Notes: generated from the sequence alone by a model not told the origin. A stretch of DNA of 64,000 bases from an uncultured Actinomycetes bacterium (GCA_964559855.1 CAZLJC010000002.1:3900-67899); one strand, 5' to 3'; counted from the first letter of the stretch, positions 9,061 to 17,317 are shown. Program-made: numbers and translations.

Positions 9061-10109
9061 GCCGCCGCCGCGATGATCCCTCCGCCCAGCACGCGGGTTC
9101 CCGCGTAGAGCACGGCGGCCTGGCCGGGCGCGGCTCCGAGGAACGGCTCGCGCAGGGTCAGCCGTCCGGCCTCGAACGTCCCCGCGATCGCGGGCGCGTG
9201 ATAGCGCAGCCGAACCTCGCACTCGAGCGGCTCGGCGGCGGTGCCGTCGACGAACGTCACGTCTCTCAGCTCGACCGACATCACGCCGAGCTCCTCCTTC
9301 CGGCCGACGGCGATCCGGTTGCGCGCCGGATCCACGCGCGTGACGTACCACGGCCCCGGTTCCGCGAGGTCGCCGAAGCCGCTGCGCTGCCCCACGGTGT
9401 AAAGCGCCGCTCCGCGGTGCACGCCCAGCACCCGCCCGGTCGCGTCGACCACCTCGCCCTCGCGCACCGGGAGCCGCGCCGCGAGATAGCGCGCCGTCTC
9501 CCCGCGCGGCACGAAGCAGATCTCCTGGCTCTCCGCCTTGCTCGCGACCGGAAGGCCGAACTCCCGCGCGTGCTCGCGCACCTCCGGCTTGGTCATGCCG
9601 CCGAGCGGGAAGACGATGCGCGCCAGGCGCTCCCGGTCGAGGTGGTACAGCATGTACGACTGGTCCTTCGCCGGGTCGACCGCCGTGTGCAGCTCCGGTC
9701 CCGCCGCGCCCTGCACCACGCGCGCGTAGTGGCCCGTCGCGAGCCGGTCGAAGCCCAGCGCCAGCACGCGGGAGAGCATCAGGTCGAAGCGCACGAACGC
9801 GTTGCAGCGCACGCACGGGTTGGGCGTGCGGCCCTCGAGGTAGTCGCGGTGGAAGGGCTCGATCACACGCTCTCCGAACTCCTTCTCGAGGTTCCAGCAG
9901 TAATAAGGAATGTCGAGCAGCGACGCGACGCGGCGCGCGTCCTCGACCGCGTCGAGCGAGCAGCAGCCTCCGTGCCGGGCGGCCTCGTCCGAGCCGTCGC
10001 GCGGCCACTGCTGAAGCGTCACGCCGACGACCTCGTGGCCCTGGGCCTGCAGCAGCGCGGCGGCCACCGAGGAGTCGACGCCGCCCGACATCGCGACGGC
10101 GATCCTCAT
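9057..10109 (-). CDS. mnmA: tRNA-specific 2-thiouridylase MnmA
   Basis: MRIAVAMSGGVDSSVAA PP-loop, …NPCVRCN…, …KDQSYMLY…. ATGA overlap with the upstream gene. Confidence 0.92.
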   Translation of the reverse strand: MRIAVAMSGGVDSSVAAALLQAQGHEVVGVTLQQWPRDGSDEAARHGGCCSLDAVEDARRVASLLDIPYYCWNLEKEFGERVIEPFHRDYLEGRTPNPCVRCNAFVRFDLMLSRVLALGFDRLATGHYARVVQGAAGPELHTAVDPAKDQSYMLYHLDRERLARIVFPLGGMTKPEVREHAREFGLPVASKAESQEICFVPRGETARYLAARLPVREGEVVDATGRVLGVHRGAALYTVGQRSGFGDLAEPGPWYVTRVDPARNRIAVGRKEELGVMSVELRDVTFVDGTAAEPLECEVRLRYHAPAIAGTFEAGRLTLREPFLGAAPGQAAVLYAGTRVLGGGIIAAAA

Positions 10110-11320
10110 CGCCGGCGGCGCTCCACGATGTCGGCGACGACCGCCTCGGCGTCCTCGCCGGCCCCATACAGGGTCGCGGACTGCGCCTTGCGGCCGAAGT
10201 TGAGGCCCGTGAAGTACAGCCCCGGCACGGACGTGCGGCCGTCGACCTGCACCGGAAATCCCATGCCGTCGAAGATAGGGAATCGGACCCACCCGTAATC
10301 CGGCCGGTAGCCGGCTGTCCAGATCACCGTGGTCACCCGCTCCCGGGCCAGGCCGAGCTCCGTCCGCGAGCTCGCCCGGAACGGCGGCGGCATGTCCCAC
10401 GTGCTGGCCAGGCCGCGCTCCACGCATGCCGCGTCGATGCGCTGCTTGTAGCGCAGGGTCAGCGCGTCCCCCGCGTCCACGCTCGCCGCCAGGTCGTCGG
10501 CGAAGTGCGCGGCGCCGCCCTCCACTCCGAGGTACCGGCCGAGCAGCTGCACGCCCTTCTCGTGCAGCGTGCGGTAGTTCAGGTCGTGGCCGCCGTCGTG
10601 GCCGGAGAGCTGCGGGTTGGACAGCAGGCGGGCGGCCGGCGACGGCAGCTCGGCCGGCGTGCGCGCCCACCAGCCGGTGTGGATGAACCACCACACGAGG
10701 TCCCTGCCGGCGATCCGGCGCGGCGCCCAGGGGGCGCGGCCGCAGGACAGGAAGACCGTGCGGCCGGTCGCGTGGAGCTCCTCGGCCAGCTGGCAGCCGG
10801 TCTGGCCGCTGCCGACGACCAGCACGGCGCCGGGCTCCAGCGCCTCGGGGCAGCTGTACTCGTCGGCGAGCAGCTGATCGACGCTCGCGGGGATCTGCTC
10901 CGCGCCGGCTGGTCGGTGGGCGCGCTGGTAGCCGCCGGACGCGACGACCACGCACCTCGCGCCGACCGTGCCTGTCGTGGTGTCGAGGGTGAACCGGTCG
11001 CCGTCCGCCTCGAGGGCCGTGACCGGCGTCCGCTCGCGGACCGGCGCGGCGAAGCCGTCCGACCACCGCTGGATGTGGTCGACCAGCTCGCCCTTCGGCA
11101 TGAAGCCGTCGGGGTCAGGACCCGTGTAGGCGCCGCCGGGCAGCTGCATCGTCCAGTTCGGAGTGACCAGGCAGAACGAGTCCCAGCGCCGGGAGCGCCA
11201 CGTCTCCGCGACGCGGCCGGCCTCCAGCACGAGGTGCTCGATGCCCGCGCGCTTCAGGTGCCAGCTGGTGGCCAGGCCGGCCTGGCCCGCGCCCACGATC
11301 GCGACCTCGACGGATTCCAT
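10106..11320 (-). CDS. FAD-dependent oxidoreductase, flavin-containing monooxygenase-like (two dinucleotide-binding motifs)
   Basis: VAIVGAGQAGLA and VVGSGQTGCQLA GxGxxG motifs; 404 aa. Confidence 0.75.
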   Translation of the reverse strand: MESVEVAIVGAGQAGLATSWHLKRAGIEHLVLEAGRVAETWRSRRWDSFCLVTPNWTMQLPGGAYTGPDPDGFMPKGELVDHIQRWSDGFAAPVRERTPVTALEADGDRFTLDTTTGTVGARCVVVASGGYQRAHRPAGAEQIPASVDQLLADEYSCPEALEPGAVLVVGSGQTGCQLAEELHATGRTVFLSCGRAPWAPRRIAGRDLVWWFIHTGWWARTPAELPSPAARLLSNPQLSGHDGGHDLNYRTLHEKGVQLLGRYLGVEGGAAHFADDLAASVDAGDALTLRYKQRIDAACVERGLASTWDMPPPFRASSRTELGLARERVTTVIWTAGYRPDYGWVRFPIFDGMGFPVQVDGRTSVPGLYFTGLNFGRKAQSATLYGAGEDAEAVVADIVERRRR

Positions 11321-11397
11321 GATTTGCCGCGAAGTCTAGTGGCGCACCCGCGCGGCGGCGGCGCGATGCCGGGTGCGGCGAGTAAGCTCCGCGCCCA

Positions 11398-11928
11398 GTG
11401 GCCATCAGCGACGTCCAGGCCGGCCGCATCGGCGAGTACCTCCTGGCCGTGTACGCGATGCTCACCTCCGGCGGCGAGCTCGTCCCGTTCCAGGTCGACG
11501 CCGATGACGACCACCGCGACCTGGTCGTCGCGGTCAAGGGCAATAGCGCCTTCGCGTCCCTCCAGGCCAAGGCCTGTTTCTCGCTGGGGGCCTCGGGCTT
11601 CGTCCAGTCCAACGCCACCTACACCGAGAGCACGATCCCCAAGGACCCCTCGTGGATCTACGTCGTGGTGCTCGTGCTCGAGCTGGCGCCCGTGGTGTGG
11701 TGGCTCGTCCCGGCCCCCGACTACAACCGCCTCACCTCGCACGCACCCGCGCGTAACGGCCGCGAGGTCGAGCTCCACTTCCGCGCCCACCCCGCCGGCG
11801 GCGATGGCTTCGCGCCCTTCCGCGCCGAGACCGCCGCGGTGGGGCCGCGCCTGCTCGAGATGATCGCCGCGCTGCCCCCCGCCACCGCGCCGCTACCCGG
11901 CGCGCGCCTGGTGATCACGCGCCGCTGA
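11398..11928 (+). CDS. hypothetical protein, possibly PD-(D/E)xK nuclease-like fold
   Basis: 176-aa ORF with coding-like composition. Motif pattern GEYLL … VDADDDHRDLVVAVKG … SLQAKA. No SD seen; GTG start. Confidence 0.5.
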   Translation: MAISDVQAGRIGEYLLAVYAMLTSGGELVPFQVDADDDHRDLVVAVKGNSAFASLQAKACFSLGASGFVQSNATYTESTIPKDPSWIYVVVLVLELAPVVWWLVPAPDYNRLTSHAPARNGREVELHFRAHPAGGDGFAPFRAETAAVGPRLLEMIAALPPATAPLPGARLVITRR

Positions 11929-11949
11929 GGCAGCGGATAAACTCGCGCC

Positions 11950-12189
11950 GTGGCCCGCCGCCGCCTCAAGCTGATCTTCGGCCCGTCGCTGGTCAAAGAG
12001 CCCGTGATCTACCAGCTCGGCCGCAGGTTCGAGCTCGTGACCAACATCCGCCGCGCCGACGTGGCGCACGACCAGGGGTGGGTGCTGCTGGAGGTGTCAG
12101 GCGACCCGGAGGAGCTCGACCGCGGAGTGGCCTACCTCGAGGAGCGCGGCGTCAGGGTCGAGCCCGCCGAGGGCGACCTGGTGGAGTAG
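11950..12189 (+). CDS. NIL domain-containing protein (stand-alone MetN C-terminal-like ferredoxin-fold domain)
   Basis: 79 aa: …LIFGPSLVKEPVIYQLGRRFELVTNIRRADV…GWVLLEVSGDPEELDRGVAYLEERGVRVE. Confidence 0.7.
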   Translation: MARRRLKLIFGPSLVKEPVIYQLGRRFELVTNIRRADVAHDQGWVLLEVSGDPEELDRGVAYLEERGVRVEPAEGDLVE

Positions 12190-12578
12190 CGAGCAGCCCG
12201 GCGCCCAGCAATTCCACGCGTTCTGCGCCAAACGAGCCAAATTGAGCGCGGATTGCGCGCCGATTGCGCCAAACGCGCCTAAATCGCCTGCAGATCGGGC
12301 GAGCAGCGCGGCGCCCAGCAATTCCACGCGTTCTGCGCCAAACGCGCCAAATTGCGCGCGGATTACACACGTTCTGCGCCAAACGCGCCTAAATCGCCTG
12401 CAGATCGGGCGAGCAGCGCGGCGCCCAGCAATTCCACGCGTTCTGCGCCAAACGCGCCAAATTGCGCGCGGATTACACGCGTTCTGCGCCAAACGAGCCA
12501 AATTGCGCGCGGATTGCGCGCGGATTGCGCCTAACGCGCCGAAATCGCCCTGCAGATCTGGAGCGAGCAGCCCCGCGG
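12190..12578 (+). repeat. Repeat locus A: ~3.3 tandem copies of a ~110-bp unit, each holding two core motifs TTCTGCGCCAAACG(A/C)GCC(A/T)AAAT
   Basis: Units start at about 12191, 12301 and 12411 (gagcagcgcggcgcccagcaattccacgcgttctgcgccaaacg…cctgcagatcgggc). Seven core copies, all on the + strand. The last unit abuts the sulfur-carrier stop codon. Confidence 0.9.
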
Positions 12579-12863
12579 CTAGCGGAGCGCGCCGCCGCCC
12601 GCGACCGCCGGCACGATCGAGATCTCGTCCCGGTCGTGGATCTCGGCGGCGAGCCCAGGCCCGAGCCGGACGTCCTCGTCGTTGAGATAGAGGTTCACGA
12701 ACTGGCGCAGGTCGCCGTTCTCGTCCAGCAGCCGGTCCTTGAAGCCCGGGTACTGCGCGTCCAGCGCAACGATCGCCCCCACGAGGTTCGACGCGTCCAC
12801 GTCGACGGTCGTCTTGCCCTCCGAGAGGCGGCGTAGCGGCCCTGGAATTCGAAAGTGTGCCAT
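12579..12863 (-). CDS. MoaD/ThiS-family ubiquitin-like sulfur-carrier protein with a 3-4 residue extension after the GG motif
   Basis: 94 aa: MAHFRIPGPLRRLSEGKTTVDVDASNLVGAIVALDAQYPGFK…EISIVPAVAGGGALR. It starts 5 nt after the ThrC-like stop. Confidence 0.75.
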   Translation of the reverse strand: MAHFRIPGPLRRLSEGKTTVDVDASNLVGAIVALDAQYPGFKDRLLDENGDLRQFVNLYLNDEDVRLGPGLAAEIHDRDEISIVPAVAGGGALR

Positions 12864-12868
12864 CTGGG

Positions 12869-14110
12869 TCAGATCTCCACCTGTTCTCGAAACGACTTTA
12901 GCGTGGGATCTATTTCGACGCGCCGCGAGGCGTGGCCGTTGGCCGAGGCGAGCACGTCCGCGGTCTTGAGCCCGTGCCCCGTGACGTAGGCGACGATCAC
13001 CTCGTCGCCCTTCCACCTTCCGGCGCGCGCGAGCTTGGCCAGCACGCCGATCGTGACCCCGCCCGCGGTCTCGGTGAAGATGCCCTCGGTCCGCGCCAGC
13101 AGGCGGATGGCGTCGACGATCTCCCCTTCGGTCACGGCCTCCACCACGCCGCCCGTCTCGCGCGCGATCCGGTTGACGTAGATCCCGTCGGACGGGTTCC
13201 CGATCGCGATCGACCGCGCGATCGTGTTCGGCTTCACCGGCATGATCCGCTCCGGCGCGTCGGAGTGGAAGGCGTTGTACACGGGCGCGCAGCCCAGCGC
13301 CTGCGCCCCGGTGAACGCGGGCACGCGGTCCTCGCGCACCAGGCCGTACTCCATCAGCTCGCGCACGGCCTGGCGGTGGCGCACGAACTGGCAGCCGCTG
13401 GCGATCGGGATCACGATCTCGTCCGGCAGCCTCCACCCGAGCTGCTCCGCGGTCTCGAACGTCAGCGTCTTCGAGCCCTCCGCGTAGAAGGGCCGGATGT
13501 TGATGTTGCAGAACGCCCAGGGCGTCGACTCGAGCAGCTGGCTGCACAGGCGGTTCACGTCGTCGTAGTTGCCGCGCACCGCGACGATGTTGGGGTCGAA
13601 CACGCCGATGCTCGCGACCTTCGCGGGCTCGAGGTCGACCGGGATGAACACGAAGCACTCCAGGCCCGCGCGCGCCGCATAGGCCGCCACCGCGTTCGCC
13701 AGGTTGCCCGTCGACGCGCACGCGATGGTCTCGAAGCCGTGCGCGCGCGCCCAGCTGATCGCGACCGACACGACGCGGTCCTTGAACGAGTTGGTCGGGT
13801 TCATGCTGTCGTTCTTCAGGTACAGGTTGCGCAGGCCGAGCTCGGCGCCCAGCCGGTCCGCCTTGACCAGCGGCGTGAATCCCTCGCCCAGCGTCACCAC
13901 GCTCACGCTGTCCTCGACCGGCAGCAGGTCGCGATAGCGCCACATCGACTTCGGCCCCTGCTCGATGCGCGAGCGGCTCACGATGTTCTTCAGCACGTTC
14001 GTGTCGTAGACCGCGTCAAGCGGCCCGAAGCACATCTCGCACACGTGCGTCGCCTGCAGCTCGTACTCCGTCCCGCATTCGCGGCAGCGCAGACCGACAA
14101 CCTTCGGCAC
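12869..14110 (-). CDS. threonine synthase-family PLP enzyme with an N-terminal CxxC…CxxC zinc-ribbon
   Basis: VPKVVGLRCRECGTEYELQATHVCEMCFGPLD, PLP lysine motif NPTNSFKDR, …ACASTGNLA…. The start is set at GTG 14110, because a longer ORF would overlap the divergent lipoprotein gene. Confidence 0.85.
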   Translation of the reverse strand: MPKVVGLRCRECGTEYELQATHVCEMCFGPLDAVYDTNVLKNIVSRSRIEQGPKSMWRYRDLLPVEDSVSVVTLGEGFTPLVKADRLGAELGLRNLYLKNDSMNPTNSFKDRVVSVAISWARAHGFETIACASTGNLANAVAAYAARAGLECFVFIPVDLEPAKVASIGVFDPNIVAVRGNYDDVNRLCSQLLESTPWAFCNINIRPFYAEGSKTLTFETAEQLGWRLPDEIVIPIASGCQFVRHRQAVRELMEYGLVREDRVPAFTGAQALGCAPVYNAFHSDAPERIMPVKPNTIARSIAIGNPSDGIYVNRIARETGGVVEAVTEGEIVDAIRLLARTEGIFTETAGGVTIGVLAKLARAGRWKGDEVIVAYVTGHGLKTADVLASANGHASRRVEIDPTLKSFREQVEI

Positions 14111-14156
14111 GCGGCTCAGTTTAGAGAGCGGTCGAACTTGCGTAGGCTCGTGTGAG

Positions 14157-15047
14157 ATGAGATGGTCGATCGCGCTCGCCTGCGCCCTGCTCGTCACGGC
14201 GTGCTCGTCGGGCGCGAAGCTGCACGCGGCCGCGCCCCTCAGCCCGTCGCCCGGGGGAGCGCAATCTCCCGTGGCGCAGAGCCCGAGCCCCTCGCCCGCA
14301 CCACCCGCGCACGTCTTCGTCATCGTGCTCGAGAACCGCAGCGCCGCCCAGGTCGCGGGCCAGGGTTACATCGCGCAGCTCGCGCAGCAGTACGGGGTCG
14401 CGTCGAACTACCACGGCGTCTCGCACCCCAGCCTCCCCAACTACCTGGCGCTGACCTCCGGCACCACGTGGGGCATCGCCGACGACGGATGGCACGCGCT
14501 GCCCGCGGGAGGACTCGGCGCGCAGCTCACGGCGGCCGGCATCGACTGGCGCGCCTACATGGAGGGCATGAGCCGCGGCTGCTTCAACAGCGGCTACCCC
14601 TACGCGCTGAAGCACAACCCGTTCGCGTACTACGGCGGAGCGTGCCCGCCGGAGGTGGTCCCGTTCAGCCGCTTTTCCGCCGATATGGCCGGCAGCGTGC
14701 CGCGGTTCGTGTGGATCACGCCCGACCTCTGCCACGACGGCCACGACTGCTCCAACGCCGCGGTCGACTCCTGGCTGGCGCAGACCGTCCCCACCATCAC
14801 CGGCTCCAGCGCGTGGCGCGATGGAGGCGTCCTGTTCATCACGTGGGACGAGGGAGAGGACAGCGCCAACTCCGTGCTCACGCTCGTGATCCAGTCCGGC
14901 ACGGCCGCGCATGCGAGCTCTGCGCCCTACAACCACTACTCCCTGCTCGCCACGATCGAGGACCGGCTCGGCGTCCCGCGGCTCGGCTACGCGGCGCAGG
15001 CGAGCCCTATGACCGACCTGCTTCCACCATCACCTTCGACCGGGTGA
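14157..15047 (+). CDS. phosphoesterase-family (acid phosphatase / phospholipase C-like) lipoprotein
   Basis: Signal peptide plus lipobox MRWSIALACALLVTAC. …VFVIVLENRS…HPSLPNYLALTSG…HNPF…ITPDLCHDGHD…. Confidence 0.75.
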   Translation: MRWSIALACALLVTACSSGAKLHAAAPLSPSPGGAQSPVAQSPSPSPAPPAHVFVIVLENRSAAQVAGQGYIAQLAQQYGVASNYHGVSHPSLPNYLALTSGTTWGIADDGWHALPAGGLGAQLTAAGIDWRAYMEGMSRGCFNSGYPYALKHNPFAYYGGACPPEVVPFSRFSADMAGSVPRFVWITPDLCHDGHDCSNAAVDSWLAQTVPTITGSSAWRDGGVLFITWDEGEDSANSVLTLVIQSGTAAHASSAPYNHYSLLATIEDRLGVPRLGYAAQASPMTDLLPPSPSTG

Positions 15048-16119
15048 TCGAGTCGAGGTACTCCAGGTCCACGGTCACGCCCAGCCCAGGGCCCTGCGGC
15101 ACGCGCAGCCGGCCGTCCTCCAGCACGAACGGCTCCGTGATATCGCGGTGGTAGTACCGGTCCGAGGCTGACGTGTCGCCCGGCAGCGTGAACCCGGCCA
15201 TCGCGGCCATCGCGACGTTCCCCGCGCGGCCGATGCCGGTCTCCAGCATCCCGCCCATCCACACCGGCACTCCGCGCTCGGCGCACAGGTCGTGGATCCT
15301 GCGCGCCTCCAGGTAGCCGCCCACGCGCCCGGGCTTGATGTTGATGATGCGGCACGCGCCCAGCTCGATCGCGTCGCGCGCGGTCTGCGCGGACGTGATC
15401 GACTCGTCGAGGCAGATCGGCGTGCGCACCACCTCGGCCAGCCGCGCGTGCGCGAGCACCTCCTCCTCCGGCAGCGGCTGCTCGATCAGCAGCAGGTCGA
15501 AGGGGTCGAGCAACGCAAGGTGCTCCGCGTCGGCCGGCGTGTACGCGGTGTTGGCGTCGACCTGAAGCGGCAGGTCGCCCACCATCTCGCGCACCGCGCG
15601 GACCGGCTCCAGGTCCCAGCCCGGCTTGATCTTCAGCTTGATCCGCCGGTAGCCCTGCTCCGCGTAGACCGCCACCGTGGCCAGCAGCTCGCCCACCGTG
15701 CGGTGGATGCCCACCGATACGCCGCAGTCGACCGCATCCCTGACGGCGCCGAGGTAGTGCGCGAAAGGCTCGCCCCGCGCGCGCAGCTGCGCGTCGAGCA
15801 GCGCCATCTCGAGCGCGGACTTCGCCATCTGGTGGCCGTGCACGGGCCGGAGCAGGCCGGCCACGTCCTCCGCGCTCAGCTCGCCCGCGGCGAACAGGCG
15901 CGGCAGAAGGTGCGAGGTGGTCACGTCCTGCGCGCCGTCCACATACTCCGCGGAATAGGTCGGCTCCTCGCCCGCCACGCACTCGCCCCAGCCCTCGCCC
16001 ACGTCGGTGACGGCGCGCACGAGCAGGATATCGCGCGCGTGCTGCACGCCGAACGACGTCTCGAACGGCGCGACGAGCGACAGCGCGATGCGGCGGAGCT
16101 CCACCGCGACTAGCCTCAT
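15007..16119 (-). CDS. enolase-superfamily MenC-type enzyme (o-succinylbenzoate synthase / N-acylamino acid racemase family)
   Basis: MRLVAVELRRIALSLVAPFETSFG…KLKIKPGWD…LQVDANTAY…LIEQPL…CLDES…NIKPGRVGG…. ATGA overlap with the Nudix gene. Confidence 0.8.
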   Translation of the reverse strand: MRLVAVELRRIALSLVAPFETSFGVQHARDILLVRAVTDVGEGWGECVAGEEPTYSAEYVDGAQDVTTSHLLPRLFAAGELSAEDVAGLLRPVHGHQMAKSALEMALLDAQLRARGEPFAHYLGAVRDAVDCGVSVGIHRTVGELLATVAVYAEQGYRRIKLKIKPGWDLEPVRAVREMVGDLPLQVDANTAYTPADAEHLALLDPFDLLLIEQPLPEEEVLAHARLAEVVRTPICLDESITSAQTARDAIELGACRIINIKPGRVGGYLEARRIHDLCAERGVPVWMGGMLETGIGRAGNVAMAAMAGFTLPGDTSASDRYYHRDITEPFVLEDGRLRVPQGPGLGVTVDLEYLDSITRSKVMVEAGRS

Positions 16120-16715
16120 GCCGGGCTCGTCGCCAGCGTGTCGTAGACGATCTGCGACCACGACTCCATCGCCAGGTAGAACATGCGCATCTCGTCGAGC
16201 GTGAGCAGCTCGCCCGCGAGCTTGTCCGTCTCGCGGATGCTGATGTTGGGCGAGTCGCCGTCGACCAGGAACACCACGCCGAGGTGCACCTTGGAAACGG
16301 GCGACGAGTCCTCGTTCAGCAGGCCCAGCAGCCGCGCCTCGAACGTCCCGTCGTACACGACCTCCTCCTCCCACTCGCGCTTCAGTCCGTCGAGGATCGG
16401 GTCGCCGCCCTCGAGGTCGCCGGGGTTGATGTGGCCGCCGACGCCCAGCGAGTACTGCTTGCGCAGCCGCTTCTCCGACGACGCGCGCAGGCGGTGGGTC
16501 AGGAAGTAGCGTCCGGCGTGGCGGAAGACCACGTACGGGATGATCTGCAGGAACGTCGGATCGTTCTCGACGTCGCCGCGCGGCTTGAAGCAGTGCCGGT
16601 CGCGGATCACGGCCTGGTGGCGTTCGAGGTTCCGGCTCACGAAGCCATGCCAGGCGCCGTCGGGGAACATGTCCTCGCGGCGCACGCACAGGACCTGCTC
16701 CGACGCGGCGCTCAT
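16116..16715 (-). CDS. Nudix-like hydrolase (MutT-family predicted phosphoesterase)
   Basis: 199 aa with a Nudix-box-like GVGGHINPGD…LKREWEEEV. ATGA overlaps at both ends. Confidence 0.6.
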   Translation of the reverse strand: MSAASEQVLCVRREDMFPDGAWHGFVSRNLERHQAVIRDRHCFKPRGDVENDPTFLQIIPYVVFRHAGRYFLTHRLRASSEKRLRKQYSLGVGGHINPGDLEGGDPILDGLKREWEEEVVYDGTFEARLLGLLNEDSSPVSKVHLGVVFLVDGDSPNISIRETDKLAGELLTLDEMRMFYLAMESWSQIVYDTLATSPA

Positions 16716-17317
16716 ACGTCGACCATCCGGATCAGCCCGCGCCCGAACACCGCGACCAGCTCGGCCGTGCGGTCGACGTCCTCCTCCAGCACCGGCAAAA
16801 AATAGATCCACGCGGCGTTCTCCGTGGCGGTCGTGATCATCGTGCGCGCCGAGTCCGACGTCGGGTTGCCGATCGGCCCTTGCCCGTCGGCCACGCAGAT
16901 CCTGCCCGCGACGTTCACCTCCTCCTTGCCGATGCCGCGGTACGACTCGCCCTCGCGCCCCAGGCGGATCACCAGCTCCTCGCCCTTGACCCGGCCCAGG
17001 TCGTACAGGCCCACCGGAACCTGCAGCTGGACCGACATCGCGTTGGCGACGTCGACGAGCGAGTTGATCCGCGGCAGCGGCTCGCCCTTCTTCATCCGCC
17101 GCAGCAGCGCCTCGGACGACGGCCGCACGCGCGTCGGGTCGACGCCGAACTTGCGGTAGAGCCGGCGCGCCGGCTCGAGCGACCCGACCTCGCCGGACCG
17201 CACCGCCTGCTCGGCCCGCTTGACCTCGAGCTCGAAGTCGTCGCGCGGCGGCGTCACCTCCAGCTCGTAGAGCTCGAACACCACCGGCTCCACGTCGGCC
17301 TCCAGCCTGACCTTCAC
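16712..17317 (-). CDS. stand-alone B3/B4 tRNA-binding domain protein (PheRS beta-subunit editing-domain-like)
   Basis: 201 aa: …RINSLVDVANAMSVQLQVPVGLYDL…GIGKEEVNVAGRICVADGQGPIGNPTSDSARTMI…. GTGA overlap with the aroA stop. Confidence 0.6.
   Translation of the reverse strand: MKVRLEADVEPVVFELYELEVTPPRDDFELEVKRAEQAVRSGEVGSLEPARRLYRKFGVDPTRVRPSSEALLRRMKKGEPLPRINSLVDVANAMSVQLQVPVGLYDLGRVKGEELVIRLGREGESYRGIGKEEVNVAGRICVADGQGPIGNPTSDSARTMITTATENAAWIYFLPVLEEDVDRTAELVAVFGRGLIRMVDV

Noticed and set aside
12097-12501. ORFs inside the repeat loci, for example 12097..12501, 27873..28556, 50559..50858 and 57810..28028-type peptides with recurring ARLAQNA.N.R.IW.VWR.TR
   Set aside because: The recurring peptide simply mirrors the DNA repeat. 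The ORFs run antisense across gene ends, are Arg-rich, and have no start context. The conservation is more likely at the nucleotide level.
12190-12578. CRISPR array interpretation of the repeat loci (also 28180-28501)
   Set aside because: The units are contiguous or overlapping mosaics with no unique spacers of regular length. The tandem period in locus A is ~110 bp and composed entirely of repeat sequence. No cas genes are present in the window.
14111-14330. SAM or other riboswitch in the leader of the ThrC-like gene
   Set aside because: Reading the minus strand by eye, I found no recognisable SAM-I, SAM-II or SAM-IV consensus. The region is largely occupied by the divergent lipoprotein gene. 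A covariance-model scan would be needed to exclude it properly.
15007-15047. The 41-bp convergent overlap of the phosphoesterase and MenC-family 3' ends (and 11 bp at 44987-44997) as a sign of mis-annotation or antisense regulation
   Set aside because: Both ORFs have family-typical C-termini running to their stops. Short convergent overlaps are common in compact high-GC genomes, and nothing further supports a regulatory role.
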